UHGV virus genome: UHGV-0181040
Length of the DNA: 44,151 nucleotides
Strand: one strand, 5' to 3'
Source of the DNA: a virus
Shown one piece after another: positions 18,422 to 26,344 of this stretch. Both the position numbers and the translations under genes were made by a program. Every line of letters begins with the position of its first letter. The first letter of the stretch is position 1. The notes below the pieces were generated by a model, which saw only the letters and a program-made list of their open reading frames with translations, was not told the DNA's origin and did no database searches.

Positions 18422-18920
18422 CAGACACCACCTTAATAGTTACTTCACTGATTGGCTCGTCGCGCACTTCTTCGGCAGCAACAGTTTTATTCAGCCCCAG
18501 CTTCGCGGCAGCAAACGTAGCGGAGATACCGGCAGCCCCTGTCTCGGTGAAGTATGCCTCTTCCAGCGCCTGTGCGGTTTCATAGGCTTCCGCAAACGCG
18601 GGAATCTCACGCAGCCACAGCTTAATAATCGGGATAGTGACGCCGATGTGTAAGGCGAAGCGGGCCAGTGATGGCGGTTTATCCTGAATCAGCGGGCGTT
18701 CGTCACCCTTAGACGTGGGCACAAGTTCCCACGACGTGCGGTCGAAGAACTCGATTAACTCATCGCAATAGTCCGGGTCCCACAACGCTGCGGAATTACG
18801 GGACGATTGATAAAGGCTCTGTTTGCCCCGCGGCCGCCTGCGGCGACGGTTTGCACTAACAGCTTCTTCATGTGCAGCTTGCACCACCTCTGGCGATGGC
18901 TGCTTGAGTTTCAGCTTCAT
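18411..18920 (-). CDS. terminase small subunit
   Basis: HTH-like segment LARFALHIGVTIPIIKLWLREIPAFAEAYE. Overlaps the terminase large subunit start. ATG 18920 follows the RBS AGGGG; the track ORF begins on an upstream GTG. Confidence 0.6.
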   Translation of the reverse strand: MKLKLKQPSPEVVQAAHEEAVSANRRRRRPRGKQSLYQSSRNSAALWDPDYCDELIEFFDRTSWELVPTSKGDERPLIQDKPPSLARFALHIGVTIPIIKLWLREIPAFAEAYETAQALEEAYFTETGAAGISATFAAAKLGLNKTVAAEEVRDEPISEVTIKVVSGER

Positions 18921-19013
18921 AGAATCCCCTTGCATATGCGCCTGACCATCAGAGCGCACCAGACGCGCCCTACGCGTCTAAAGGGATTATATAGGGGGAT
19001 TGGGCGGGATGTA

Positions 19014-19040
19014 CAGAAAAGCCCTCCGTAGAGGGCTTGT
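19014..19040 (-). terminator. rho-independent terminator (minus-strand sense) ending the leftward early transcript before the late operon
   Basis: Stem AAGCCCTC-CGTA-GAGGGCTT with a T-tract on the minus strand. Lies between the last early gene and the terminase small subunit gene. Confidence 0.55.
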
Positions 19041-19097
19041 ATCAGTTGTATAAGCCGTGGCGTGGCGCTCTTTTACCATCGCCGCAGTAGTGGTCGT

Positions 19098-19319
19098 TAG
19101 CTACGGCAATAGCCAAGGCGTTGGGGATGACTAGTAGCCTCATTTTAAGAATGTCAACAGGGCATCGGCAATACCTGATGTTACCAGGCCAAAAAACATA
19201 GGCCACCAGATATATCCCGGCAGATTGGTAAATGTTTCTGGCTTAGTACAGAAAGCCAGTAAAAACGCGAACCAAAACACTATATAACTAATGCTGCTGA
19301 GTAATTCTAAAATGCTCAT
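19098..19319 (-). CDS. small membrane protein (two predicted transmembrane segments, 73 aa), not listed in the ORF track
   Basis: ATG overlaps the upstream stop (ATGA). Sequence MSILELLSSISYIVFWFAFLLAFC...WWPMFFGLVTSGIADALL. Confidence 0.35.
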
Positions 19320-19552
19320 TCCCCACTCTCCTTTTTAACAATGCGTTGCTCTGTTTTAGTGATACCACGGCGCGTGAATAACACCGGGCTTGTCTTAACG
19401 TGCGTCATCAGGCGATTGTTATAAATTACGTGGCGCTCGCAATCAATGTCTCTGCTGTACTTCGCAATCGTCATTTCGTTGATGCCGGTTTGTCGGCATG
19501 TCTCCGCCATCGTGCCAAATTCTTTAATCAGGTTCGGAATGCTGGTAATCAT
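19316..19552 (-). CDS. putative small DNA-binding protein
   Basis: The 78-aa sequence LIKEFGTMAETCRQTGINEMTIAKYSRD has HTH character. Confidence 0.3.
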   Translation of the reverse strand: MITSIPNLIKEFGTMAETCRQTGINEMTIAKYSRDIDCERHVIYNNRLMTHVKTSPVLFTRRGITKTEQRIVKKESGE

Positions 19553-19767
19553 TCTGGGGCAATCTCCACTATGGTTATAATCGCAACCTTCGAATTGGGT
19601 GGCATACGCGAGGCCACATCTGATTCAATCGCTTTAATATCCTCTACTGTCAGTTTTTCGCCCTTTTTAGGTGACGCCGTACGGTTGCCGTAGCCTGTGC
19701 CCGCGACGCTAGTCCAGGCATAACTGATAAAGAAACGTTTCATCATAAGAAATTCCTCGTTGTCCAC
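19549..19767 (-). CDS. hypothetical early protein
   Basis: 72-aa ORF coupled within the leftward gene chain. Confidence 0.3.
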   Translation of the reverse strand: MDNEEFLMMKRFFISYAWTSVAGTGYGNRTASPKKGEKLTVEDIKAIESDVASRMPPNSKVAIITIVEIAPE

Positions 19768-19909
19768 ATCGCATTTGGATATTTGTTATCTCGGTCCTGC
19801 ACTACGGCAATCATGTTACCGCGCTGCACAAGGCAAAAGTGCCGCTGTTGTTCTCCGTTGTAGCGACGCCAGATTGCTTCTTCGATTGCTGCGTTAATGT
19901 CACTGAACA
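19742..19909 (-). CDS. hypothetical small protein (55 aa)
   Basis: An ATG-initiated ORF with a weak G-rich RBS. Below the track size cut-off. Confidence 0.2.
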
Positions 19910-20160
19910 TACCCAATACCCCACATAACTAACACTCCAACCGCTACACCAATCAAAATTGATACTGTTGTGTTAGTCCACGCCCGTTGGCTGCGCAAAG
20001 TTTCGGCGTTCTCCAGAATGTCGCGAACACGCGTTAAGTGTGCAATCTCCAGTTTCGCAGCGGTCAGTTCCTGGGATGCTTTTGAATACTTACCGTTAAT
20101 CTTGTCCAATGCCTTCTTAAGGTCTTTGTTGTTCTTCTTGAGTTGCTCAATCTGTTCCAT
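19900..20160 (-). CDS. coiled-coil protein with a C-terminal transmembrane anchor
   Basis: MEQIEQLKKNNKDLKKALDK coiled coil followed by TTVSILIGVAVGVLVMWGIGYVQ. Confidence 0.35.
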   Translation of the reverse strand: MEQIEQLKKNNKDLKKALDKINGKYSKASQELTAAKLEIAHLTRVRDILENAETLRSQRAWTNTTVSILIGVAVGVLVMWGIGYVQ

Positions 20161-20162
20161 AA

Positions 20163-20354
20163 CTACCCCACTATCTCATCGCCAAGCCACGCCGTTTCTC
20201 GTATATCATCGACCACACAAGCGGCGTGTTCACGGCTAATTGCAAAAATGTAGAAGCTGAACTTCTTCCCGTCGGCGTCGATGTGGTTAACCGAGTAAGG
20301 TTTCCACAGGACGCCGTCAATAACTACCGGCTCAGGCGCTTTCATCGTGAGCAC
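20163..20354 (-). CDS. hypothetical early protein
   Basis: 63-aa ORF within the coupled chain. Confidence 0.3.
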   Translation of the reverse strand: MLTMKAPEPVVIDGVLWKPYSVNHIDADGKKFSFYIFAISREHAACVVDDIRETAWLGDEIVG

Positions 20355-20535
20355 CGTAATCGAACTCAGGAGGAAGGAGTAGCTTCTGCTCTTCTTCCTT
20401 CAATTTCCCGAGCAAGAATTTAAACGCCTCCAGTTGAAACTCACCGTTAATCGACAGTTGCCCGCCTAACGTCTGTTTCTCCGACTCAAGTACCAGGACA
20501 CGGCGCTCAAGTGATGCGATTGTGATTTTAGGCAT
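20332..20535 (-). CDS. hypothetical coiled-coil early protein
   Basis: ATG overlaps the upstream TAA (AATGCCTAA). 67 aa. Confidence 0.3.
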   Translation of the reverse strand: MPKITIASLERRVLVLESEKQTLGGQLSINGEFQLEAFKFLLGKLKEEEQKLLLPPEFDYGAHDESA

Positions 20536-20701
20536 TGGTGTCGCCTTTGTTCAGGTTGAAGCGGTTAATCAGTTCACGGCGGCGTTCCATAAGATTATCT
20601 ACCTGCCGTAAGTGGTGCTCAATGTGGGCGTCAATCCATGCTATTTCAGATTCACCGGTCGCGGATTCGACGCTAAGTTTCTCGTATTCGTTGTTAGTCA
20701 T
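20528..20701 (-). CDS. hypothetical small protein (57 aa)
   Basis: ATGA overlap with the upstream ORF. Below the track cut-off. Confidence 0.25.
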   Translation of the reverse strand: MTNNEYEKLSVESATGESEIAWIDAHIEHHLRQVDNLMERRRELINRFNLNKGDTNA

Positions 20702-20856
20702 TCTTTACGCTCTCCCCACATGCGATTGAGATACTTGTTCTTGTCCGGCCCCGGGAAACTGTTGCGTTTCATCAGTTCCTCACGTGTCGGGAACGGGGTG
20801 TGACTAACTTTACGGCCTACTCGTAATGGCTGGCTTGCTGGGCCTTGTTCACTCAT
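20698..20856 (-). CDS. hypothetical small protein (52 aa)
   Basis: ATGA-coupled on both sides. Confidence 0.25.
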   Translation of the reverse strand: MSEQGPASQPLRVGRKVSHTPFPTREELMKRNSFPGPDKNKYLNRMWGERKE

Positions 20857-21002
20857 TTCTTCTCTCCTGCATATGCTTCTTTCAGTGTCTGCATCGCGGC
20901 GAACCAGAACGCGTCAGCAGGAATATTGCCGCTCAGGTTATTAACCGCAATACGTGCCATCAGTTGTGCGTCATTAAATGCTTCAATATCTGTGATTTTC
21001 AT
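20853..21002 (-). CDS. hypothetical small protein (49 aa)
   Basis: RBS AAAGGGG, 7 nt before the ATG at 21002. Confidence 0.25.
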   Translation of the reverse strand: MKITDIEAFNDAQLMARIAVNNLSGNIPADAFWFAAMQTLKEAYAGEKK

Positions 21003-21264
21003 TTTCCAAACACCCCTTTAGTTTTCAGATTATGACGGTAGAACTGCATAACATGCTCATTATGGAAGTTACTTGATGGGTATTCTTTCATGACACCGCC
21101 ATTTCATGTCCAAAGATTAAAGCCGAAACATAACGGTTTACTTGCTTAGTAACTTTGTCGTTATTGCGTTTCTGTGAACGGCGGAACCAGAGGTTCATGC
21201 GGTATGTGCGGCGGTTATGTTTCTCTACAAAGTCCGCTAATTTCATCTTATTTTTCATTTCTGT

Positions 21265-21477
21265 TTACCCCGCGTTAAATGAGCCAAGTACGATGCCGCT
21301 TTCTTTCGGTTTCTTGATTTCTGTAACTTTTACTTCGACGTTGAAGTTATTCATGGTTATTGGGTCATCCTTAGCACGGACCAGGCTCAATGCTTCATCG
21401 GGGGACTTCGCCCACACCACAAAAGAATCGTATTGGTCATAGCCACACCAGGAGGCTTCTACTAAATATAATTTCAT
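21265..21477 (-). CDS. hypothetical early protein
   Basis: 70-aa ORF downstream of the promoter at 21511..21539. RBS GGAGTAGAGAAG. Confidence 0.35.
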   Translation of the reverse strand: MKLYLVEASWCGYDQYDSFVVWAKSPDEALSLVRAKDDPITMNNFNVEVKVTEIKKPKESGIVLGSFNAG

Positions 21478-21510
21478 CTTCTCTACTCCGTTCTCGTTGT
21501 CGATGGAGTA

Positions 21511-21539
21511 AATATAATTGGTGTAAGAGTAATAGTCAA
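21511..21539 (-). promoter_or_regulatory. sigma70-like promoter TTGACT-17-TATATT (minus strand)
   Basis: Same hexamers as the promoter at 32062..32090. The spacer carries CACCAAT and a partial operator half-site TAATAG. Confidence 0.45.
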
Positions 21540-21565
21540 CTAGTCATTGCAGAAAATAGATAAAA

Positions 21566-21597
21566 AAAATCCCGGCTGGGTCAGGGCCGGGATAAAA
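21566..21597 (-). terminator. strong rho-independent terminator (minus-strand sense) after the endolysin gene
   Basis: Plus-strand run of A(8) followed by TCCCGGC-TGGGTCAG-GGCCGGGA, giving a run of U(8) on the minus-strand transcript. Confidence 0.7.
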
Positions 21598-21657
21598 CTG
21601 GAGAGCAGAGGGATGGAACAGGAGGTGATTTAAGTATCGTCGGATTAGTCTTAAGTG

Positions 21658-22164
21658 TCAACCTTTCACCGCGCGCCCGATAGCCTCAGCCTCTTGCCAC
21701 GGTTTACCGTCGAACAGCGCCAGACGACCAGCTACGCGACGGCGCAGGCCCAGAACAGGCTCGAGTTTACCGGTTTTCGGGTTGCGCTGGTTAATGAACT
21801 GACTCATCTTGTGCCGTAAAGTAGGGATGTCACCCTGCCGTAGTGCCTTACCGGTTCCGGTGGTAGCCGCGATAACGCCAGTTCCTGCGTTAAACACCAG
21901 GTCAACAACGGCATCGAACTGAGCCTGGGTCAGAGACGGATGGGCTACTTCATCGACTGCTTTCACCGCCCACTGCATATCGCGGTTCAGTAACAGCAAC
22001 CCCTGGCCCTCAGTAATCTTCTGCCCTTCATACACATCCGGCCCGGTATGGCCCCAGCCTATAGTCCAGTATTTTTCGTTCTTTGTTGCTTTGTATGCAG
22101 TTCCGCGAAACTTTTCCCACGCTTTCTTGAACTGCAATCCATTATCTGAAATATTTCGAGACAC
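21658..22164 (-). CDS. endolysin, GH24 (P22 gp19 / T4 lysozyme-like) family
   Basis: YWTIGWGHTG motif and overall similarity to P22-type lysozymes. GTG start at 22164 after the RBS GGAGGA; the track ORF extends to 22215. Confidence 0.7.
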   Translation of the reverse strand: MSRNISDNGLQFKKAWEKFRGTAYKATKNEKYWTIGWGHTGPDVYEGQKITEGQGLLLLNRDMQWAVKAVDEVAHPSLTQAQFDAVVDLVFNAGTGVIAATTGTGKALRQGDIPTLRHKMSQFINQRNPKTGKLEPVLGLRRRVAGRLALFDGKPWQEAEAIGRAVKG

Positions 22165-22414
22165 GCTTATATCCTCCGTAGGACAGCCACGCCTGACGAA
22201 TCTGGCGCAGCGCAACTAATGTGATTAATGTCTCAGGCAGCGTTGGTGACATGCTGCCCTGTAACAGGTGGATACACCCGGCGGCGCAGACAATAGCTGT
22301 CAGGATATAGAGCACCCGACCAAATAGCCCGTCGTCAACGCTGGGATGATACACATTAAACAGCGATGTGCCTCCGATTGCCAGCATACCGCCGAACCAG
22401 AATAACTCATTCAT
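22142..22414 (-). CDS. second small membrane protein of the lysis cassette (2 transmembrane segments; holin or antiholin-like)
   Basis: ATG 22414 after the RBS GAGGAGG. Sequence MNELFWFGGMLAIGGTSLF...VLYILTAIVCAAGCIHLL. Confidence 0.4.
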   Translation of the reverse strand: MNELFWFGGMLAIGGTSLFNVYHPSVDDGLFGRVLYILTAIVCAAGCIHLLQGSMSPTLPETLITLVALRQIRQAWLSYGGYKRVSKYFR

Positions 22415-22715
22415 CTGGACCTCCTCGACGCGCGATGTATTCTCCGGCGACGATACCGGAGAGACGGGAATAGATAGGCATCCAGAGAACAGCAATAATG
22501 AAGCCCAGGCCTGCGATTTCACGGTCGCCCGTGATGCCAAACCATTGAGCCGCGAGAGGTGCGCCAAATACGGCGCAAGTGAAGCCGGTTGCGATAAAGC
22601 AGAAGCCGTCGATAGGGCCAGAAATAACGGACTTATGTTGTCGTAGCCCGATGACCCCTCCGGCGAGTGCGGCAGCGAGAAGCCACCCTGTCACTGTTTC
22701 AGTAAATTTATCCAA
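22407..22715 (-). CDS. holin (class I-like, three transmembrane segments, charged C-terminus)
   Basis: Three hydrophobic helices and a C-terminal RRGGPDE. Immediately upstream of the other lysis genes. Confidence 0.65.
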   Translation of the reverse strand: MDKFTETVTGWLLAAALAGGVIGLRQHKSVISGPIDGFCFIATGFTCAVFGAPLAAQWFGITGDREIAGLGFIIAVLWMPIYSRLSGIVAGEYIARRGGPDE

Positions 22716-22790
22716 GATGAATCCTCCAGGTGCGTATTAAGTATGCAGTAACTGGAGGATACCACGGGTAGGAATTATCTTAATAACGGT

Positions 22791-23084
22791 TTATTTATGT
22801 CTCCAGATGTATTGTCGCCTCTGCGGTTTCGTCGGAATATCATCGTATCCCAGCGATTTCCAGTAATTAAATAGCCGATTAGCGATTGCAGCACGTTCCT
22901 GTGTTTTAAACTCACCAAGATTAACGGCCTTCCCGTTCTGGAACCCGCAGGCGCGGATGGCTTTACGCCGTTCTTGTATCTCCGGGAACAGCGCGTTACG
23001 GCGACGCTTGTGTATCCGGGTGTTCGCTCTCGGTGACAGCGGCGCAAGGCCGCTTCGTTTCAGGATGTCAGTTGCGAGGCTCAT
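22791..23084 (-). CDS. hypothetical basic protein
   Basis: ATG at 23084 overlaps the upstream stop (ATGA); the track ORF begins upstream. Confidence 0.3.
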   Translation of the reverse strand: MSLATDILKRSGLAPLSPRANTRIHKRRRNALFPEIQERRKAIRACGFQNGKAVNLGEFKTQERAAIANRLFNYWKSLGYDDIPTKPQRRQYIWRHK

Positions 23085-23440
23085 GTCGTCTCCCCACAAC
23101 TGCGGCACACAAAATAATCCTCTCCGGGGTCTAGCACCCAATCATGCTCACCTATTTGGCAACCGGACTGCCCCGTGGCATCTTCAACCCCTTCCACATG
23201 TGTAATTGACCTGCAGTTCGCGCACTCGACGTAATCAGGGAACTGGTCCTTGTACTTCTGTAACTCAGCGTTTACTTCCGCCAGTCTTGACACAAGCCCT
23301 TCTATCTCCATGTCCGTAGTTGTTATGTAGTCCTGGAAATCGTCATCCAGTTCCTTATAGTCTTCATAACCAACCCAGTGCCCTTCATCACACGGGACAA
23401 CAAAACCGCCCTGGAATAAGTATCTCTGTACCATAATCAC
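23081..23440 (-). CDS. zinc-ribbon protein (CxxC...CxxC), unknown function
   Basis: VECANCRS...FVCRSCGETT cysteine pairs. Confidence 0.35.
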   Translation of the reverse strand: MIMVQRYLFQGGFVVPCDEGHWVGYEDYKELDDDFQDYITTTDMEIEGLVSRLAEVNAELQKYKDQFPDYVECANCRSITHVEGVEDATGQSGCQIGEHDWVLDPGEDYFVCRSCGETT

Positions 23441-23640
23441 TTCTCCTGTTTACCAAGTCGCTTAGGTGAGCAGATAGCGCGTACCTCTGAATCGTTGGGC
23501 TTGTCACCCTGAAACAAGAAATGCGCGTTCTCTGCGGCGCGTGCCGCTGACTGGCACGCCTCCATCGAGTAAAACGTTTCTGATGCCGCCAGGTGCATCT
23601 GGCCAGCGGATAACACCCAGATAAAGAGGATGCTTGTCAT
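23437..23640 (-). CDS. small secreted protein (signal peptide, two Cys)
   Basis: MTSILFIWVLSAGQMHLAASE signal-like N-terminus. Confidence 0.35.
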   Translation of the reverse strand: MTSILFIWVLSAGQMHLAASETFYSMEACQSAARAAENAHFLFQGDKPNDSEVRAICSPKRLGKQEK

Positions 23641-24068
23641 TAGAAGTATTCCCCGCACGTTTTACATACTTTCGTACCGAACGGTGCGGAGCCGTCTGTT
23701 ACTACATAATAGAAACTGTAGGGCCATCCCTGAGTATCGTCCTTACGGCAACCGGATTGTTCAGGCTGTACAGGCGTCGGAGTACACCGGCAATTTACCG
23801 ACGCCCCGGGCACATGTTCGCCCACTACATATCGCTGGCCGCCGTCGATGTACCCTCCCTTGCGTATAAGTTTGTACGCCTCCACGTCACCAGTAGCCTG
23901 GGCCAATGCCAGATGCAACTCAGCCACCAGTGCCGAAGCGTCACGTAACTGATTCTTAAGTGACTGCACCTCCTGCGCCAGGTCTTCACACTGGTTGTTA
24001 TTTACCTGCTGCCGTAGCTGGTCAATCAGGTACTCGAATACTTCGTTTTTAGTGTTCATATTCTTCAC
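23640..24068 (-). CDS. coiled-coil plus Cys-rich C-terminal domain protein
   Basis: 142 aa. Coiled coil EDLAQEVQSLKNQLRDASALVAELHLALAQA, then a C-terminal CRCTP...CRKD...CKTCGEYF. Confidence 0.35.
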   Translation of the reverse strand: MKNMNTKNEVFEYLIDQLRQQVNNNQCEDLAQEVQSLKNQLRDASALVAELHLALAQATGDVEAYKLIRKGGYIDGGQRYVVGEHVPGASVNCRCTPTPVQPEQSGCRKDDTQGWPYSFYYVVTDGSAPFGTKVCKTCGEYF

Positions 24069-24177
24069 TCACTCCGTTATAGGCGCCGTTGTAGTCTCCG
24101 TCGCAGATGAACGGGTAGAGCATATCTTCGTACTCGTCCTGCAACTCACCCAAAGTTACTTCGCTATAATCTTTCAT
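24049..24177 (-). CDS. small acidic protein (42 aa), first gene after the promoter at 24207..24237
   Basis: RBS GAGAGGAGAGACAGAAG before the ATG at 24177. Confidence 0.25.
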   Translation of the reverse strand: MKDYSEVTLGELQDEYEDMLYPFICDGDYNGAYNGVSEEYEH

Positions 24178-24206
24178 CTTCTGTCTCTCCTCTCGTTTGT
24201 GTAAAT

Positions 24207-24237
24207 GAATAGTAGCCTATTCTATCTTAGCGTGCAA
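24207..24237 (-). promoter_or_regulatory. promoter TTGCAC-17-TACTAT (minus strand) with a perfect palindromic operator GAATAG-N4-CTATTC (regulon copy 4)
   Basis: On the plus strand: GAATAG 24207..24212 and CTATTC 24217..24222. The minus-strand -35 is at 24237..24232. Confidence 0.55.
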
Positions 24238-24395
24238 GTAAATTTTATTGGTGTTTGTATTGTTGCATCTCCTGCAATAGTCGCTTGGATTGTTGCGTTT
24301 CGTGAAAGTGTCGCTTTTTGACGACACTAATCTAAAGTTGTACGCTGCTGTGTAGCAGCGTAAGTTACAAAGCCAAATAGTAACCTATTGACCTG

Positions 24396-24593
24396 TTACA
24401 CCAGCGATGGCGGCTCCGGTAACGGCATCCAGTGAGTTACGTCATCACTACTGATATTTGAGTTACGCGGCGCCCAACAATCCCAGAAACCGTCGCAGTC
24501 CCGCCACATCACCTCAACGTTACCCCCATCCGAAACCAGCACATATTCAAAATCATCAGGCATCTGCTCACTGCACTTAATCCACTCACTCAT
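24396..24593 (-). CDS. DUF551-like phage protein
   Basis: C-terminal THWMPLPEPP and overall DUF551 pattern (WIKCSEQMPDDFEYVLVSDGG). Confidence 0.5.
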   Translation of the reverse strand: MSEWIKCSEQMPDDFEYVLVSDGGNVEVMWRDCDGFWDCWAPRNSNISSDDVTHWMPLPEPPSLV

Positions 24594-24743
24594 AAATCAC
24601 CCCTTATTCATCACAGCTTGCACACCAGCTTTCCACGCCCGCCACGCGAGACGCGTCTTAACGTTCAGGTACTCTTTCTTAGAACCCTTGTTAACAGGCA
24701 GACCCTCGACTACGGCCCACCGTTCGAATGCTTCTCTCATAAC

Positions 24744-24965
24744 TTAGTCCTCGCTTAATGCCTGAGTCGCTACCCGTATAATAGCCAATAAACACTGTGC
24801 ACAAGGCTCTTGCCTGAATCCGTTTTCTACAGCGTATAAGGCGTGTTGAGCGTCTTGGAACAGCCATTCACCGTATGACGGGGCAGCCCCGCACCACGTT
24901 TCTACTTTATTTGTCGGCAATTTAACCCCGTCCAGATGGTCTACCTTGATTATGTGTTTTCTCAT
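24744..24965 (-). CDS. hypothetical early protein
   Basis: 73-aa ORF, ATGA-coupled. Confidence 0.3.
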   Translation of the reverse strand: MRKHIIKVDHLDGVKLPTNKVETWCGAAPSYGEWLFQDAQHALYAVENGFRQEPCAQCLLAIIRVATQALSED

Positions 24966-25186
24966 AACTCGACCCCATGATGCTTAAGGAAACTGTTTAA
25001 CTTGTACTCCCGGTACTGCGCTACCGCCTTAGCATGAGCCAAATGCCACGACTTCCAGGGGGTGTATTGCACCTTCTCCCAACATTCAACACCAAACTCG
25101 GCGGCGCGCAGACCGCCAACAAGACGGCGTAAGCGAAATTCGTTATACGGACTCATACCAACCCCCATAGCGCGTGCACCACACAA
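24962..25186 (-). CDS. hypothetical early protein
   Basis: 74-aa ORF. Confidence 0.3.
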   Translation of the reverse strand: MCGARAMGVGMSPYNEFRLRRLVGGLRAAEFGVECWEKVQYTPWKSWHLAHAKAVAQYREYKLNSFLKHHGVEL

Positions 25187-25227
25187 ACGACGCTGACAAT
25201 TAAAATAAACAGGTAATTATTCATAAC

Positions 25228-25485
25228 TTAGTCCTTAACCCTTACCCAGAATTCACCAGGCCCCCGACACCACAAAAGATTAGGCGTCTCACAAACCAAC
25301 CCGTAATCACTGCGAGCACGAATCGGATAAACGTCTTTATACAAGAGAATCCCTGTTCGCAGAAAATCAGGGTCGCGCGTTGCGGTGCGCCACATGTTGT
25401 AAAATTGCTCCACCCCGGCACCACGAGCCATCACCCGCACCTTATGCAGTTTTTCGGCAACAGTTTCCAGTTCAGTGACAGTCAT
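25228..25485 (-). CDS. hypothetical early protein
   Basis: ATG at 25485 after the RBS GAGGGAGG; the track ORF starts on an upstream TTG. Confidence 0.3.
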   Translation of the reverse strand: MTVTELETVAEKLHKVRVMARGAGVEQFYNMWRTATRDPDFLRTGILLYKDVYPIRARSDYGLVCETPNLLWCRGPGEFWVRVKD

Positions 25486-25500
25486 TAACGGCAACCTCCC

Positions 25501-25716
25501 TCAGAGTCGTCTGCACGGGCAACCTCCCTCAGAGTCGTCGGCACTAGCATCATTATTCGATGCCGTTCGTATGGATCGCAAACTGTGAAGCATTCTCTCG
25601 GCGGAAGCTGTGATGATTGTTATCCCGTCTAAAATAACAACCTCGTACCTGTTTACCTGGAAATAAACTTTCTCCAGTTTATGGTGCTTCAGTTCTTCAA
25701 ATAATTCTTCCATCAC
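25501..25716 (-). CDS. hypothetical early protein
   Basis: 71-aa ORF whose 3' end spans a 29-bp tandem duplication. Confidence 0.3.
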   Translation of the reverse strand: MMEELFEELKHHKLEKVYFQVNRYEVVILDGITIITASAERMLHSLRSIRTASNNDASADDSEGGCPCRRL

Positions 25717-25892
25717 TTCGCCCCTTTGAATTTAAAATTGTTGCCGATGAGTTTTAAATTGGAAGCATGGCGCACAAGCACCTTACCGGAAAAAACATCC
25801 TGCACACGATAGAACCCGTTAAAAATCTCCATGCTGCGTATAGAATAAATAGAACCGTTGTTGTCTCGTGCGATTTGACCACGTTTAAACAT
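25713..25892 (-). CDS. first gene of the leftward early operon (59 aa)
   Basis: ATG at 25892 after the RBS GAGGAGTGAGGG, about 28 nt downstream of the predicted transcription start. Confidence 0.3.
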   Translation of the reverse strand: MFKRGQIARDNNGSIYSIRSMEIFNGFYRVQDVFSGKVLVRHASNLKLIGNNFKFKGAK

Positions 25893-25924
25893 AACCCTCA
25901 CTCCTCTGTCTCGTTTCAATAAGT

Positions 25925-25955
25925 GAATAGTATCCTATTATGTTGGGGTGTGCAA
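25925..25955 (-). promoter_or_regulatory. leftward early promoter TTGCAC-17-TACTAT with operator GAATAG-TATC-CTATTA (regulon copy 5)
   Basis: The reverse complement matches copy 1 (4487..4517) at 34 of 37 positions. Confidence 0.6.
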
Positions 25956-26344
25956 GAGAATAGTTACGTTGCCGTTGTGATTCTTTCGTTTAATGGGGTA
26001 GCGAAACGAAACGAACGTGGTGCCGAAGGCACCAAGAGTGAGTGAGTGAGCTTGCGAATCAATAACTTATATCATGTGGTAAAATTTAAATAGACGGGGG
26101 CTTTCTTGCGACTTGCTGTTACTTTGAGGAAACTTAGATACTGACGTTGTCGAAGTGACTCTCAGCGCCCGTCCTTTGGGGCCGGGCTTTGGTCACCAGA
26201 GACTTAAGAATAATGTTTCTAAGTAATTCAGAACTAGTGTCCTTCGATACGTTGATTTTACAGCTACATTTTATTTTGTCAATAGGTTGTGTTCGGTTAT
26301 TGTAGGTGTTATAGTTGTTTCACTTGATAAAGAGGGCTTGTAAA

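Noticed and set aside
25489-26060. Possible CRISPR-like array suggested by the 29-bp tandem repeat and (GTGA)n / (CGAAA)n runs
   Set aside because: There are only two repeat copies and no spacer-repeat periodicity, and no cas genes. The repeats are explained as a local duplication and simple sequence.
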